DNA from: Elusimicrobiota bacterium
GTDB lineage: Bacteria > Elusimicrobiota > Elusimicrobia > Elusimicrobiales > UBA9959
DNA length: 37,579 bases
NCBI GenBank assembly: GCA_037137395.1
Contig: JBAXKK010000017.1
Location: 1 to 37,579 of the forward strand
Direction: 5' to 3'
Positions 27,975 through 37,400 of this stretch are shown here, in pieces. The notes beneath the pieces were generated by a model. The model saw only the letters and a list, made by a program, of their open reading frames with translations, made no database searches and was not told the origin of the DNA. Position numbers and translations under genes: made by a program. How positions within the stretch are numbered: position 1 is the stretch's first letter; every line of letters starts with the position of its first letter.

Positions 27975-28000
27975 AAGGCGGACGGCTATAGCAGAAAGCA

Positions 28001-28033
28001 CAAAAAGGGGCCGCGCATCAGGGCTCCTTTTTG
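28001..28033. terminator. probable intrinsic (possibly bidirectional) terminator
   Basis: CAAAAAGGGGCC-loop-GGCTCCTTTTTG stem with A and T tracts, 26 nt after the PPIase stop. Confidence 0.65.
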
Positions 28034-28052
28034 ATTTTATAGAGGGAGATTT

Positions 28053-28616
28053 ATGAACGAAAACAATAACGACAGAAAAACAGCCATTATAACCACTACG
28101 CTTATATGTCTTTTACTGGCAGGCGTGGTGTTGATGGTTATAGGACGGTGGAAACCGAAACAGGCGGATGTTGTCGCCGCTCCGGCTATACCGGTTATGT
28201 ACCACATTAAAAGCGCCGAAGTGGCGCCATCCAAGAATGTGGCTCTCAAATCGCTCAAAGTCACCAAGAATGCCATCCAAAGCGCCATATCCGCGGTAAG
28301 TAAGAGCATCCCCGCCGGGTTAACCCCTAAAGCGGCTGCGACCGCCCCTGTGCCTCCTAAAGAGGTTATAGACCTTGCGACAAAACCGGCGGCTGAAGGC
28401 GGGCTTTGTTGCCCTCCCCCGGGCTGCTCCTGCGGTAAAGACTGCATATATACCGATATCAACCCTCCGACAGTCGCAAAAAATCAGGACGGCAGTTGGA
28501 ATCTAAAATGCGCCGGTTTGATGGACTATAACGGTAAAACCACCCCTCTCACGAGTATTTTTAAGTGGGACCGCGGCAGCATGGTTATGGTCTCAGAATT
28601 CCAGTCCGTGGAGTAG
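28053..28616 (+). CDS. hypothetical single-pass membrane protein with Ala/Pro/Lys linker and Cys-rich C-terminal domain
   Basis: GGGAG RBS, N-terminal TM (AIITTTLICLLLAGVVLMVIG) and CCPPPGCSCGKDC...LKC. Confidence 0.75.
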   Translation: MNENNNDRKTAIITTTLICLLLAGVVLMVIGRWKPKQADVVAAPAIPVMYHIKSAEVAPSKNVALKSLKVTKNAIQSAISAVSKSIPAGLTPKAAATAPVPPKEVIDLATKPAAEGGLCCPPPGCSCGKDCIYTDINPPTVAKNQDGSWNLKCAGLMDYNGKTTPLTSIFKWDRGSMVMVSEFQSVE

Positions 28617-28618
28617 GC

Positions 28619-28793
28619 GGCGTAAAGCGGGAAGCGTAAAGCGTAAAGCGTAATCCTTTACTCTACCTATGGCTTATAGCCTAAAGCTTATGGCCTATTT
28701 TCTGCCTATGGCCTAAAGCTTATGGCTTATGGCATATTTTCTGCCTATAGCCTAAAGCCTATAGAAAAAAGGTAGACGCTACCTTTTTTACTC
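28619..28793 (+). repeat. mosaic element: heptamer array A, linker, heptamer array B, REP
   Basis: (AAAGCGT/GAAGCGG)n, TAATCCTTTACTCT, (GCCTATG/GCTTATG/GCCTAAA)n, then REP at 28765-28789. Confidence 0.9.
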
Positions 28794-28800
28794 CTTTTTG

Positions 28801-30810
28801 ATGCTGAACATGAACAAGGATAAAGGCTCGGGCAATTGGTTCCTGCGGGTTTCTGTAATCGCGCCGCTGGCTATCGCGCTGGTTACCTTTCTGGTTTTTT
28901 CGGGTGTCCTGCGTAATGAGTTCGTAAACTGGGACGACGACCTTAACTTCCTTAACAATTTCCATTATCGTGGCCTGGGTCCGGCGCAGATTCATTGGAT
29001 GTTTACGAATCTGCTGGGGCATTATATACCCCTGACCTGGCTGACGCTGGGCCTGGACTATGTGCTGTGGGGGATGAACCCGGCCGGCTATCACTTGACC
29101 AATCTCCTGCTGCACTGCGCCAACGCCATGGTCTTTTACTTTGTGGGCCGGCGCCTGCTGGTTTTGGCTCTGTCAGCGGACGCTGAACCAAACCGCGGCT
29201 GGCTGGCTTTAACGGCCGGCTTCTCCGCGCTTCTGTTCGCCCTCCATCCCCTGCGCGTAGAATCCGTAGCCTGGGCCACCGAGCGGCGGGATGTTCTGGT
29301 CGGGCTATTTTATCTGCTCACTGTGCTCTTCTATTTAAAGGCAGCGGCCTGCGCTGAAAAGGCGCGGAAAGCCCGCTTGTTCTCAATATCCGTACTTTTC
29401 TTCGCCATGTCGCTGCTGTCCAAGGTAAGCGGCAGCACGCTCCCTTTGGCGCTCCTGGCTTTGGATATCTATCCGCTGCGGCGCCTGCCCGGTGACCCCA
29501 GACGGTGGTTTTCGGCCGACTTGCGGCGCGTATGGCTGGAGAAGATCCCTTTTATACTGCTGGCCATTCCCGCCTGTTTGTTGGCGGTCAAAGCCCAGCA
29601 CCAGATAGGGGCGCTTCTGTCGCTTGGAAAACTGAGCGTAGCCGAGCGCCTGGCGCAAGCTATGTTTGGCCTGGCCTTTTACATACATAAAACGCTTTTG
29701 CCTTTAGGACTGTCTCCCTACTATCCCTTACCGGATAAAATTAACCCATTCGCGGCGCCCTTCCTCTTAAGCGGCTTAGCGGTGGTGTTAATAACCGCGG
29801 GCGCGTTCGCCCTGCGCCGAAAATGGCCGGCTGTCCTCGCCGTTTGGGCTTGCTACGCCATCACCCTTCTGCCGGTTCTGGGGTTCACTCAGAGTGGCAC
29901 CCATATCGCCGCTGACCGGTTCACCTACATCGCGTCTTTTGGGCTGACGCTTCTGGCGGCGTGGGTGGCGGTTTGGTTTTTGAAGGAGAAGTGCCGGCTT
30001 TCGCTGAAAATGGCGGCAGTTATAATGTGCGTGCCGCTGGCGGTTTTAAGCTATTTTACTTGGCTGCAGGTTAAAGTCTGGCGCGATTCAGAAAGTGTCT
30101 GGCGGCAGGCGCTAGCCATAAACCCCAGCATCGCCGTGGCCCATAACAACCTGGGGATGGCCTTGAACGCGCATGGGCATAGGGAAGAGGCCATGCAGCA
30201 CTATAATCTGGCGCTCCGGGTGAAGCCGGACTATGCTTTAGCTCATAATAATCTGGCCAACGCCCTGGCTGCACAAGGCAATACGGAAGAAGCGATACGG
30301 CACTATGACCTTGCGCTCAAAGCTAAGCCGAATTATGCCGACGCGCATTACAATCTGGCGCTGGCACTGACCAGACAAGGTAAGATGGATGCGGCGATCC
30401 TGCATTATAATTTAACGCTTCAGGCACAGCCTGAGTATGCTTTGGCGCACAATAACCTAGCCAACGCCCTGGCCGCGCAAGGCAAATACGATGACGCGAT
30501 CCTGCAATATAATCTGGCGCTTGAGGACCGGCCTGACCTGGCCGAGGCTCATTATAACCTGGCCAACGCCCTGTCCGCGCAAGGGAAATTAGACGAGGCG
30601 GCCCGCCATTACAGGCTGACGATCCAGGCGCGGCCAAATCTGGCTTTGGCTTATAATAATCTGGCCAATGTGCTGACCCGGCAAGGCAAATTGGACGAGG
30701 CTGTTCTGTATTATCAGCAAGCTTTGAAGCTAAACCCCGGCTTTGAGCAGCCCCGCCGCAATTTGGAGATCATTTTTAACCGTAAAGCGGGAAGCGTAAA
30801 GCGTAAATAG
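28801..30810 (+). CDS. TMTC-like GT-C membrane glycosyltransferase with C-terminal TPRs
   Basis: EFVNWDD (luminal DD), HYIPLTWLT, GYHLTNLLLH, LFALHPLRVESVAWATERRD, LLSK and ADRFTY, followed by six 34-aa TPRs (AHNNL/AHYNL...). The exact start (28798, 28801 or 28810) is uncertain. Confidence 0.88.
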   Translation: MLNMNKDKGSGNWFLRVSVIAPLAIALVTFLVFSGVLRNEFVNWDDDLNFLNNFHYRGLGPAQIHWMFTNLLGHYIPLTWLTLGLDYVLWGMNPAGYHLTNLLLHCANAMVFYFVGRRLLVLALSADAEPNRGWLALTAGFSALLFALHPLRVESVAWATERRDVLVGLFYLLTVLFYLKAAACAEKARKARLFSISVLFFAMSLLSKVSGSTLPLALLALDIYPLRRLPGDPRRWFSADLRRVWLEKIPFILLAIPACLLAVKAQHQIGALLSLGKLSVAERLAQAMFGLAFYIHKTLLPLGLSPYYPLPDKINPFAAPFLLSGLAVVLITAGAFALRRKWPAVLAVWACYAITLLPVLGFTQSGTHIAADRFTYIASFGLTLLAAWVAVWFLKEKCRLSLKMAAVIMCVPLAVLSYFTWLQVKVWRDSESVWRQALAINPSIAVAHNNLGMALNAHGHREEAMQHYNLALRVKPDYALAHNNLANALAAQGNTEEAIRHYDLALKAKPNYADAHYNLALALTRQGKMDAAILHYNLTLQAQPEYALAHNNLANALAAQGKYDDAILQYNLALEDRPDLAEAHYNLANALSAQGKLDEAARHYRLTIQARPNLALAYNNLANVLTRQGKLDEAVLYYQQALKLNPGFEQPRRNLEIIFNRKAGSVKRK

Positions 30811-31141
30811 TCAGCGTTAACCGTAAAGCGGGAAGCGGAAAGCGTAAAGTAAGCGATTTCTACTCTGCATATGGCCTAAAGCTTATGGCCTAATAAAAAA
30901 GGTAGACGCTACCTTTTTTACTCGTCAAGCGGGAATCGGGAAACGTAAAGCGGGAAGCGTAAAGCGTAATCCTTTACTCTGCATATGGCCTAAAGCTTAT
31001 GGCTTAATAAAAAAGGTAGACGCTACCTTTTTGGGGGCAGCGAAAAATAATCGTTTGTTTTTAAAGACTTTTTTAAAAAGCAGAAAGGTAACTGCGACTT
31101 TTTGCTAGTTAAGTTCGAGAAAAGGTAGACGCTACCTTTTT
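30781..31141 (+). repeat. two tandem mosaic elements plus further REP copies
   Basis: REPs at 30895-30919, 31009-31032 and 31120-31141, and a degenerate one at about 31084-31103. A 58-bp block at 30861-30918 repeats at 30975-31032 with one mismatch. Confidence 0.9.
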
Positions 31142-31229
31142 GCCTGGGATTCCCGGTGTAATTAAGGCATGAAGTTGCATATTCCCAATAGCGCCTTAGG
31201 GATGAGCATTCTATTCCTGTTTGGAATTA

Positions 31230-31258
31230 TTGACCGATTTAATATTTAATGTTAAAAT
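31230..31258 (+). promoter_or_regulatory. sigma70 promoter with extended -10 directly before the ATPase ATG
   Basis: TTGACC-17 bp-TAAAAT with TG at 31250-31251. The ATG is at 31265. Confidence 0.65.
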
Positions 31259-31264
31259 ACCCAT

Positions 31265-32410
31265 ATGTATACAAAGCGATTACTTGAAGAAACAATTAAA
31301 CGAATCAGAACCACTTTCCCCGCCATAGTCGTTACCGGGCCGCGGCAGTCCGGGAAAAGCACACTGCTAAAACACCTTATCGGCGATATGAGCCGCATTG
31401 CCACACTGGAAAACCCTGATGTGCGGGCGCTGATAGCGGAAGACCCGCTGGCTTTTCTCCAGGCGCAAAAAAAACCATTTGTCCTGGATGAAATTCAACA
31501 TCTTCCCATTATTACAACATATCTAAAAATCCTGATAGACAGAGAAAGAACCCCCGGGCAATGGTTTATTACCGGGTCACAGCAATTTTCCGTTATGAAA
31601 AATGTTTCGGAATCCCTCGCCGGCAGAGCGGCCATTCTTACGCTTCCGACGTTCCAGCTTCAGGAACGAAGCGATGTTAAAACTCTTCAGGATTTCATAT
31701 TCTCAAGCAGTTACCCGGAACTTTCTGTAAATAAAAATGTAGACAGGGCAATTTGGTTTTCCAGCTATCTGCAAACATATCTGGAAAGGGATTTGCGCGC
31801 CGTTATCGACGTAAACGACCTTAAAGATTTTGAACAATTCCTCCGCCTGCTTGCCACCCGCGCGGGGCAGAATCTTAAACTTTCCGGGATATCCAACGAA
31901 ATGGGAATTAGCGTCCCCACTGTAAAAAGATGGATAGCGGCGCTTGAGGCGACTTATATCGTTTATCTGCTGCCACCGCTTTACAATAACTATGGGAAAC
32001 GGATCATAAAGGCGCCTAAATTATATTTTTACGATATGGGGCTGCTCAATTATCTTTTAAAAATGCCTAATGCCGAAGTTGCTTTAAATTCCCCAATGGC
32101 CGGCGCGTTGTTTGAAAATGCCGTCGTTTCGGAAACACTTAAGCGTAAATTAGCGGAAGGGATTCAGCCTGAACTTTATTTCTGGCGTTCCCAGAGCGGA
32201 GTGGAAATTGATTTAATAACCAGAGAAAACGGCAGGTTTACTCCTCATGAAATCAAGTTGTCTTCCGTGGTTAGGCCGCAGTTTTTCAAAAACCTGACAT
32301 ACTGGCTTGCATTGGAAAAAAACGGAGAACCGGGCCGCGTTATTACGAACTGCGCCGAAAACGTGCCTATGCCGCACGGCATGAAAAACATCCACTGGAA
32401 AAATCTGTAA
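31265..32410 (+). CDS. AAA+ ATPase (AAA_14) with DUF4143 domain
   Basis: Walker A GPRQSGKST, Walker B VLDEIQ, ITGSQ, ESLAGR, KAPKLYFYDMGL, LFENAV and YFWRSQSGVEIDLI...EIK. Confidence 0.92.
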   Translation: MYTKRLLEETIKRIRTTFPAIVVTGPRQSGKSTLLKHLIGDMSRIATLENPDVRALIAEDPLAFLQAQKKPFVLDEIQHLPIITTYLKILIDRERTPGQWFITGSQQFSVMKNVSESLAGRAAILTLPTFQLQERSDVKTLQDFIFSSSYPELSVNKNVDRAIWFSSYLQTYLERDLRAVIDVNDLKDFEQFLRLLATRAGQNLKLSGISNEMGISVPTVKRWIAALEATYIVYLLPPLYNNYGKRIIKAPKLYFYDMGLLNYLLKMPNAEVALNSPMAGALFENAVVSETLKRKLAEGIQPELYFWRSQSGVEIDLITRENGRFTPHEIKLSSVVRPQFFKNLTYWLALEKNGEPGRVITNCAENVPMPHGMKNIHWKNL

Positions 32411-32418
32411 CCCCTGCT

Positions 32419-32540
32419 GGCGGGAAGCGGAAAGCGTAAATAGTCAGCGTAAAGCGTAAAGCGGAAAGAGTAAGCAATTTCTGCTCTGCCTATGGCTTAA
32501 AGCCTATAGCTTATGGCATATTTTCTGCCTATGGCTTATG
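32419..32540 (+). repeat. mosaic element (heptamer array A, linker, heptamer array B) without REP
   Basis: Shares AAAGCGTAAATAGTCAGCGT with ~30798, GTAAGC(A/G)ATTTCT(A/G)CTCTGC with ~30849 and ~33273, and TATGGCATATTTTCTGCCTAT with ~28728. Confidence 0.88.
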
Positions 32541-32552
32541 CGGAAGGAAGGA

Positions 32553-33269
32553 ATGGAAAAGATGCTGTCTGTAATAACTCCGACTTTTAATGAGGCTAAG
32601 AACATTGAGAATTTGGTTGCTGCGATCGATCAGGCCCTGTCAAACAGCAGATACGAGCTTATTGTTGTTGACGATGATTCACCTGACGGGACAGGCAAAA
32701 TAGCGGAGGCGCTGGCCTTAAAATATCCTGTCAGAGTATTGAGCCGGAAGGGTAAATCAGGACTGGCTTCAGCGGTTCTTGATGGCGTTGAAATCGCGAA
32801 GGGAGACCTGGTGTGTGTTATAGACGCTGATTTAAGCCATCCCCCGGGTATAATCCCCAAAATGGTTGAATTTATGAAGCTTGAAAACGCGGATATTGTG
32901 GTCGCGTCAAGAGTGGTTGAGGGCGGCGGCACTGACCATTGGCCGCTTATCCGCAGAATAATGTCTGTTTTTGCCGCGTCGCTGGCGAGGCCGCTTACGG
33001 CGGTGAAAGATAACGGGTCAGGATTTTTTCTCTTAAAAAAGGAAGTGATAGGTTCGGCGGCCCTGACCCCCAGAGGATACAAGATCCTGCTGGAGATGCT
33101 GGTTAAATGCGACTTTAATAAAGCTGTAGAGTTTCCTTATGTTTTCAGCGATAGGAAGGCGGGTAAAACCAAGCTGAATTTAAAGGTGCAAATGGAATAC
33201 GTGGCGCAACTGTTGAGCCTGTATGAGTATAAGAGGCGTAAAGCGGGAAGCGTAAAGCGGGAAGCGTAA
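32553..33269 (+). CDS. polyprenol-monophosphomannose synthase (DPM1/Ppm1-like GT2)
   Basis: LSVITPTFNEAKNI, IVVDDDSPDGT, GLASAVLDG, IDADLSHPP, VVASR, KDNGSGFF, GYKILLE and FSDRKAGKTKL. Start taken at 32553 (AAGGAAGG RBS) because ATG 32538 lies inside the repeat. Confidence 0.88.
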   Translation: MEKMLSVITPTFNEAKNIENLVAAIDQALSNSRYELIVVDDDSPDGTGKIAEALALKYPVRVLSRKGKSGLASAVLDGVEIAKGDLVCVIDADLSHPPGIIPKMVEFMKLENADIVVASRVVEGGGTDHWPLIRRIMSVFAASLARPLTAVKDNGSGFFLLKKEVIGSAALTPRGYKILLEMLVKCDFNKAVEFPYVFSDRKAGKTKLNLKVQMEYVAQLLSLYEYKRRKAGSVKREA

Positions 33270-33365
33270 ATAGTAAGCGATTTCTACTCTGCCTATGGCA
33301 TAAAGCTTAAAGCCTATGGCGATCGTAAATCGTCAATCGTTAATAGTACAGCGTTAATCGTAAAG
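33237..33365 (+). repeat. mosaic element followed by an ATCGTAA-type heptamer array
   Basis: CGTAAAGCGGGAAGCGTAAAGCGGGAAGCGTAAATAGTAAGCGATTTCTACTCTGCCTATGGCATAAAGCTTAAAGCCTATGGC, then ATCGTAA ATCGTCA ATCGTTA ATAGTAC AGCGTTA ATCGTAA. Confidence 0.88.
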
Positions 33366-33405
33366 ATAGTCATTTAGTCATCAGCGCCCCCCTAAACTAT
33401 TTAAT

Positions 33406-33461
33406 TACTTACTGAATACTTACTGAATTAAGTTGTGTGTCACTTTAATTCTTGCTAAAAT
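33406..33461 (+). promoter_or_regulatory. 11-bp tandem direct repeat followed by a putative extended -10 promoter
   Basis: TACTTACTGAA twice (33406-33427), then TTGTGT (33433-33438)-17 bp-TAAAAT (33456-33461) preceded by TG. Confidence 0.5.
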
Positions 33462-33533
33462 GATATGCTTGCGGAATGGGTTGTTAGGCTGGGAGAGGGG
33501 TATACCTTGGGAAATAGATGTGAGGGATTAATA

Positions 33534-34154
33534 ATGCGCGATTTAAAATTTAAGGGTGGGGCGGCCGGTTTTTTTAGCGGATTATTGCTGATTTGTTTTT
33601 GTGCTTTCTCATTGGTGACATTAGCGGCGGCTGTTGAAAGCCTTAAGGTTGAAAAATCTACCGCGACGCAGACTCGCGCCGTTGCGCCCGCGCCTAAACC
33701 GGCGCAGCCCGCGCAAGCGCCAACCTCAACTGTTAACCCGATAACGCTGGCAGCGGTTAAGGCGGGGGTGCTTGCCTGCACCAGCCGCATTAACCAGGTT
33801 ATGACCTACCTTACAGCGGGCAGCCAGAGCGGGGCGTACCTGTTCATGCCCAAAGCCCAACCTGATCAAAGTATCTTTTCGGCCTCGCTTGAGGTTGCCA
33901 GTCAGGCCGGTACGCCTGTTTACGCCAGCGCCAGTTTTGCCCCGCTGGCTAATGGCCAATCCGGCGCGGTCTATGACGCGGTTGAATATGTGGCGCAAGC
34001 CTGTGATTTTGTGGAGAAGAATGTTTTTAAGGATTTAAAGCGCGCCGGGATCCTGAAGAAGGATATTGTAATGCTCGACGGCGTAGCTATCAGGGTTTTT
34101 TTAATGCCGGCCGGTACCGGCTGCGTGGTAATCAAAAAAGAAGTGGTGCAGTAA
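33534..34154 (+). CDS. secreted/periplasmic hypothetical protein (Pro/Ala linker, Cys-containing globular domain)
   Basis: GAGGGA RBS before ATG 33534, a hydrophobic signal segment, AAVKAGVLACTSRINQV and C-terminal VFLMPAGTGCVVIKKEV. Confidence 0.8.
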   Translation: MRDLKFKGGAAGFFSGLLLICFCAFSLVTLAAAVESLKVEKSTATQTRAVAPAPKPAQPAQAPTSTVNPITLAAVKAGVLACTSRINQVMTYLTAGSQSGAYLFMPKAQPDQSIFSASLEVASQAGTPVYASASFAPLANGQSGAVYDAVEYVAQACDFVEKNVFKDLKRAGILKKDIVMLDGVAIRVFLMPAGTGCVVIKKEVVQ

Positions 34155-34163
34155 AAAAGGATT

Positions 34164-34376
34164 AAGTGGTAAGGATTAAGCAAAAAGCTTACGTGGGGCC
34201 AAGCCGTCCTTCCGGCTCCGTCTCACCGGCTAAAGCCGGTGCCCAGCATCAAGAATATCTGGACCCCGGCTTTCGCCGGGGAGACATCAAGGGTTCACTA
34301 GAACGATGAAACGTGTCTCGATGAGACCTCCGACTTCCGTGAACTTCGGGGATTTAAAGTGGTAAGGATTAAGCAA
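34164..34376. repeat. 20-bp direct repeats enclosing an inverted pair of CGTC-type palindromes
   Basis: AAGTGGTAAGGATTAAGCAA at 34164-34183 and 34357-34376. Inside are CGTCTCACCGGCTAAAGCCGGTGCCCAG (34219-34246) and CTGGACCCCGGCTTTCGCCGGGGAGAC (34259-34285). Confidence 0.8.
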
Positions 34377-34449
34377 TATTGAATGGATTGACGACAAAAG
34401 ATAGTGGGAATGGCAACATCAAAGCAGTTAAAGACAATCAGGAGAAAAT

Positions 34450-37400
34450 ATGAGAAAGATGAATTCCAGAATTGCAAAATTTTTAATCACGGCATTGTTG
34501 GCACCGGCTGTACTGTTCATAGGGGCAGCAATTTCCCCCAAATCCGCTCACGCTACTGATTATGTGATTGGCAGTAACGATGACATTATCATTACTGCAA
34601 ACCAAGACGCCGAGGTGGCCGGCGAAGGGATCTGGCTTCGGACCGGCGGCGGTGTTACCAGGATGGCGATATTGGATGGCGGCATCGACGCCTATACTCA
34701 GCTTGATATGAATGAGAATGCGATAACCAGCGGTGACTATGTTACGATTCAGGTGGATAATGATAACGGCGGCACGGGTGCATTTATTGTGAATGATATG
34801 GCTGGTCCTGGCAGGGGGACGGTAACTGTTATTGATGCTGACGCGGAAAACACCTATTTAGGGAGTGACGCCACGCATGTGTCCGGCACATTAGGCGTCA
34901 CCGGCGCGACTACCTTGGGGGATAGCGGCGATCAGACCACCATAAACGGCAACCTTGATGCCAAAGGCGGCATTGATGTTTCCGGCGGCAACCTGACACT
35001 TGGCAACAATAGTATTACCGGTGTGTATGACATCACCACGAACCACGATGTTTCCGTGGGCGGCACTCTTGGCGTCACCGGCGCTTCCAACTTAAACGGC
35101 ATTGACAATGGCGGGGACGCTATAACCAATGTTTCTTATATCCAATTAAATGTCGGCGCCAATGTTACCACTGCAGGCACTCTTACCCTCACCGGTGATT
35201 CGGATAGCACTACATCTTCCGAGGGCGTACTCATCAAATCTAAAGGGGACGGGTCGGGCGGAAACATTTCTGTTCTCGGCACAGGCGTTGCCGTCACCGG
35301 AGCCACAAGCTCTATGACCGGCACCACCACGGCGACCCTGACCGGCGGCTCCAGCAGCGCTACGTTGAATAACAGCGGTGTGGCAATATCCGGCAACACC
35401 AGCTTAACCGGAACAATGAGTTCCACCGGGAACACCACGCTTGCAACAAACGCAAGCACCACCAACACCTTCGGCAGCGGCTCAAGCTCCGTCAACACAA
35501 TCGGCAACGCCGGCTCTTCAGCTAATACCGTCACCGGCGCCAACAATACCCTTACAGCTACCACGGACAACATCCTTAACGCTACTGTGAACAATGAGCT
35601 GACCGCCACGCAGCAGAATCAACTGGTCGGCGGCACAGGCAACACGGTCACGGCCACTACCGGCAATAACGCTGTTACCGCGACCGCGGGCAGCAATACC
35701 ATCACTGCCAACGCGAACAACCAGTCCAACACCATGTACGCAACCGGCACTAACGGGGCAAACTACCTGACAGCCAATGCCACCAGTGGCACAAATAGTC
35801 TTGAGGCAAAGAATAACACCATAGGCGTCGGAACCGCCAATTCTGTTAACATTGTTGGTAATGTCGGCACTTCGGCCAACACCATAACTGGCGCCACTAA
35901 TGCGATGACCAGCACCACCTCCAACACTATCGCGACAACAGGCGGCGGCAGCGTTACAACTGCACTGGCGGGGCTGACGCTCACCGGCGCGACTAACACC
36001 AATACCGCGACGATATCTAACGCCATGACCGGCAGCAATGCCAAAGTGAATCTGTCCAACAACTCGGCCCAGCTGAGCGTGACCGGCGGATCCGCGGTGA
36101 CCACCACCAATACACAGCTCACGGCGCTTACCGCCTCCGGGCAAGGGCTCACGATAGTTAACAACGGCACTGTTTCCCTGCTTAATAGCGTGCCTGACGC
36201 TTTTAATTCCCTGTCCGGACACGGCTTAAATATAACGAACGCGCAAACCACGCTTACCGGCGGGACACATTCTTCCAGCCTGACGCTTCAGGACTCCACC
36301 GCGACGCTGTCGGTAGGTACGGCCGGAACAGGCGAGGTGCAGGTGATAAAAGCTACCAATAACGGCACCGTGACATCTGTGACCATCGGCGGAACCAGCA
36401 ACGTGTCCAACCAGATGCTGGCAACGGCGGCCGGCGGCACCAACGCTATCGGGGCCGCGACGAGCAATACTCTTACAGCCGGCACCACTAACGTTATAAA
36501 CGCCACGCTGCAGAACCAGCTGACCGGCGGCACGGGTAATGTCGTTACGGCGACAACCGGTAATAACGCGATAACGGCGACCACCGGCAGCAATAGCCTG
36601 ACCGCTAACGCTAATGACCAATCCAACACCATATCCGCCGACGGCTCAAACGGCGTAAACACACTGTCAGCCGACGGCGCAACCGGAAAGAACTATGTAA
36701 CTGCCACCGGCACGAACGGAATAAACTACCTGACCGCCAATGCCACTACCGGCACGAATAATATTGAGGCGAAGAATAATAATATGGGCGTTGCCACGGC
36801 CAACTCCATTAACACTGTCGGCAATGTCGGCACCTCCGCCAACACCATGACCGGCCTCACCAATGCCATGACTGCCACCTCAGCTAATACTCTTACAGCC
36901 GGAACCACTAACGTTATAAACGCCACCCTGCAGAACCAGCTGACCGGCGGCACAGGCAATACCGTCACGGCGACCACCGGCAATAACGCGATAACGGCGA
37001 CCGCCGGCAGCAATAGCCTGACCGCTAACGCGAATGACCAATCCAACACTATATCCGCTACCGGCACGAACGGAATAAACTACCTGACCGCCAATGCTAC
37101 TAGCGGCACGAATAATATTGAGGCGAAGATCAACAATGTGGGCGTTGCTTCGGCCAATTCCATCAACACCATTGGTAATGCAGACACTTCGGTCAATACC
37201 GTCACCGGCGCCGTAAACTATATGACTGCCACCTTGGCCAATACAATATACGCGAATGGGCCAGACGGTACAAATACCCTGTCAGCCACCTTAACCAATA
37301 CTCTTACAGCCGGCACCACCAATGTTATAAACGCCACACTGCAGAACCAGCTGACCGGCGGCACCGGCAATACCGTTACGGCGACAACCGGCAGCAATAC

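Noticed and set aside
28759..29115. Minus-strand 118-aa ORF
   Set aside because: It is antisense to the conserved N-terminus of the TMTC-like gene and ends in the REP.
26699..34376. Classical integron cassette array
   Set aside because: No tyrosine integrase and no recognisable RYYYAAC...GTTRRRY attC structure. The boundaries are heptamer and REP mosaics instead.
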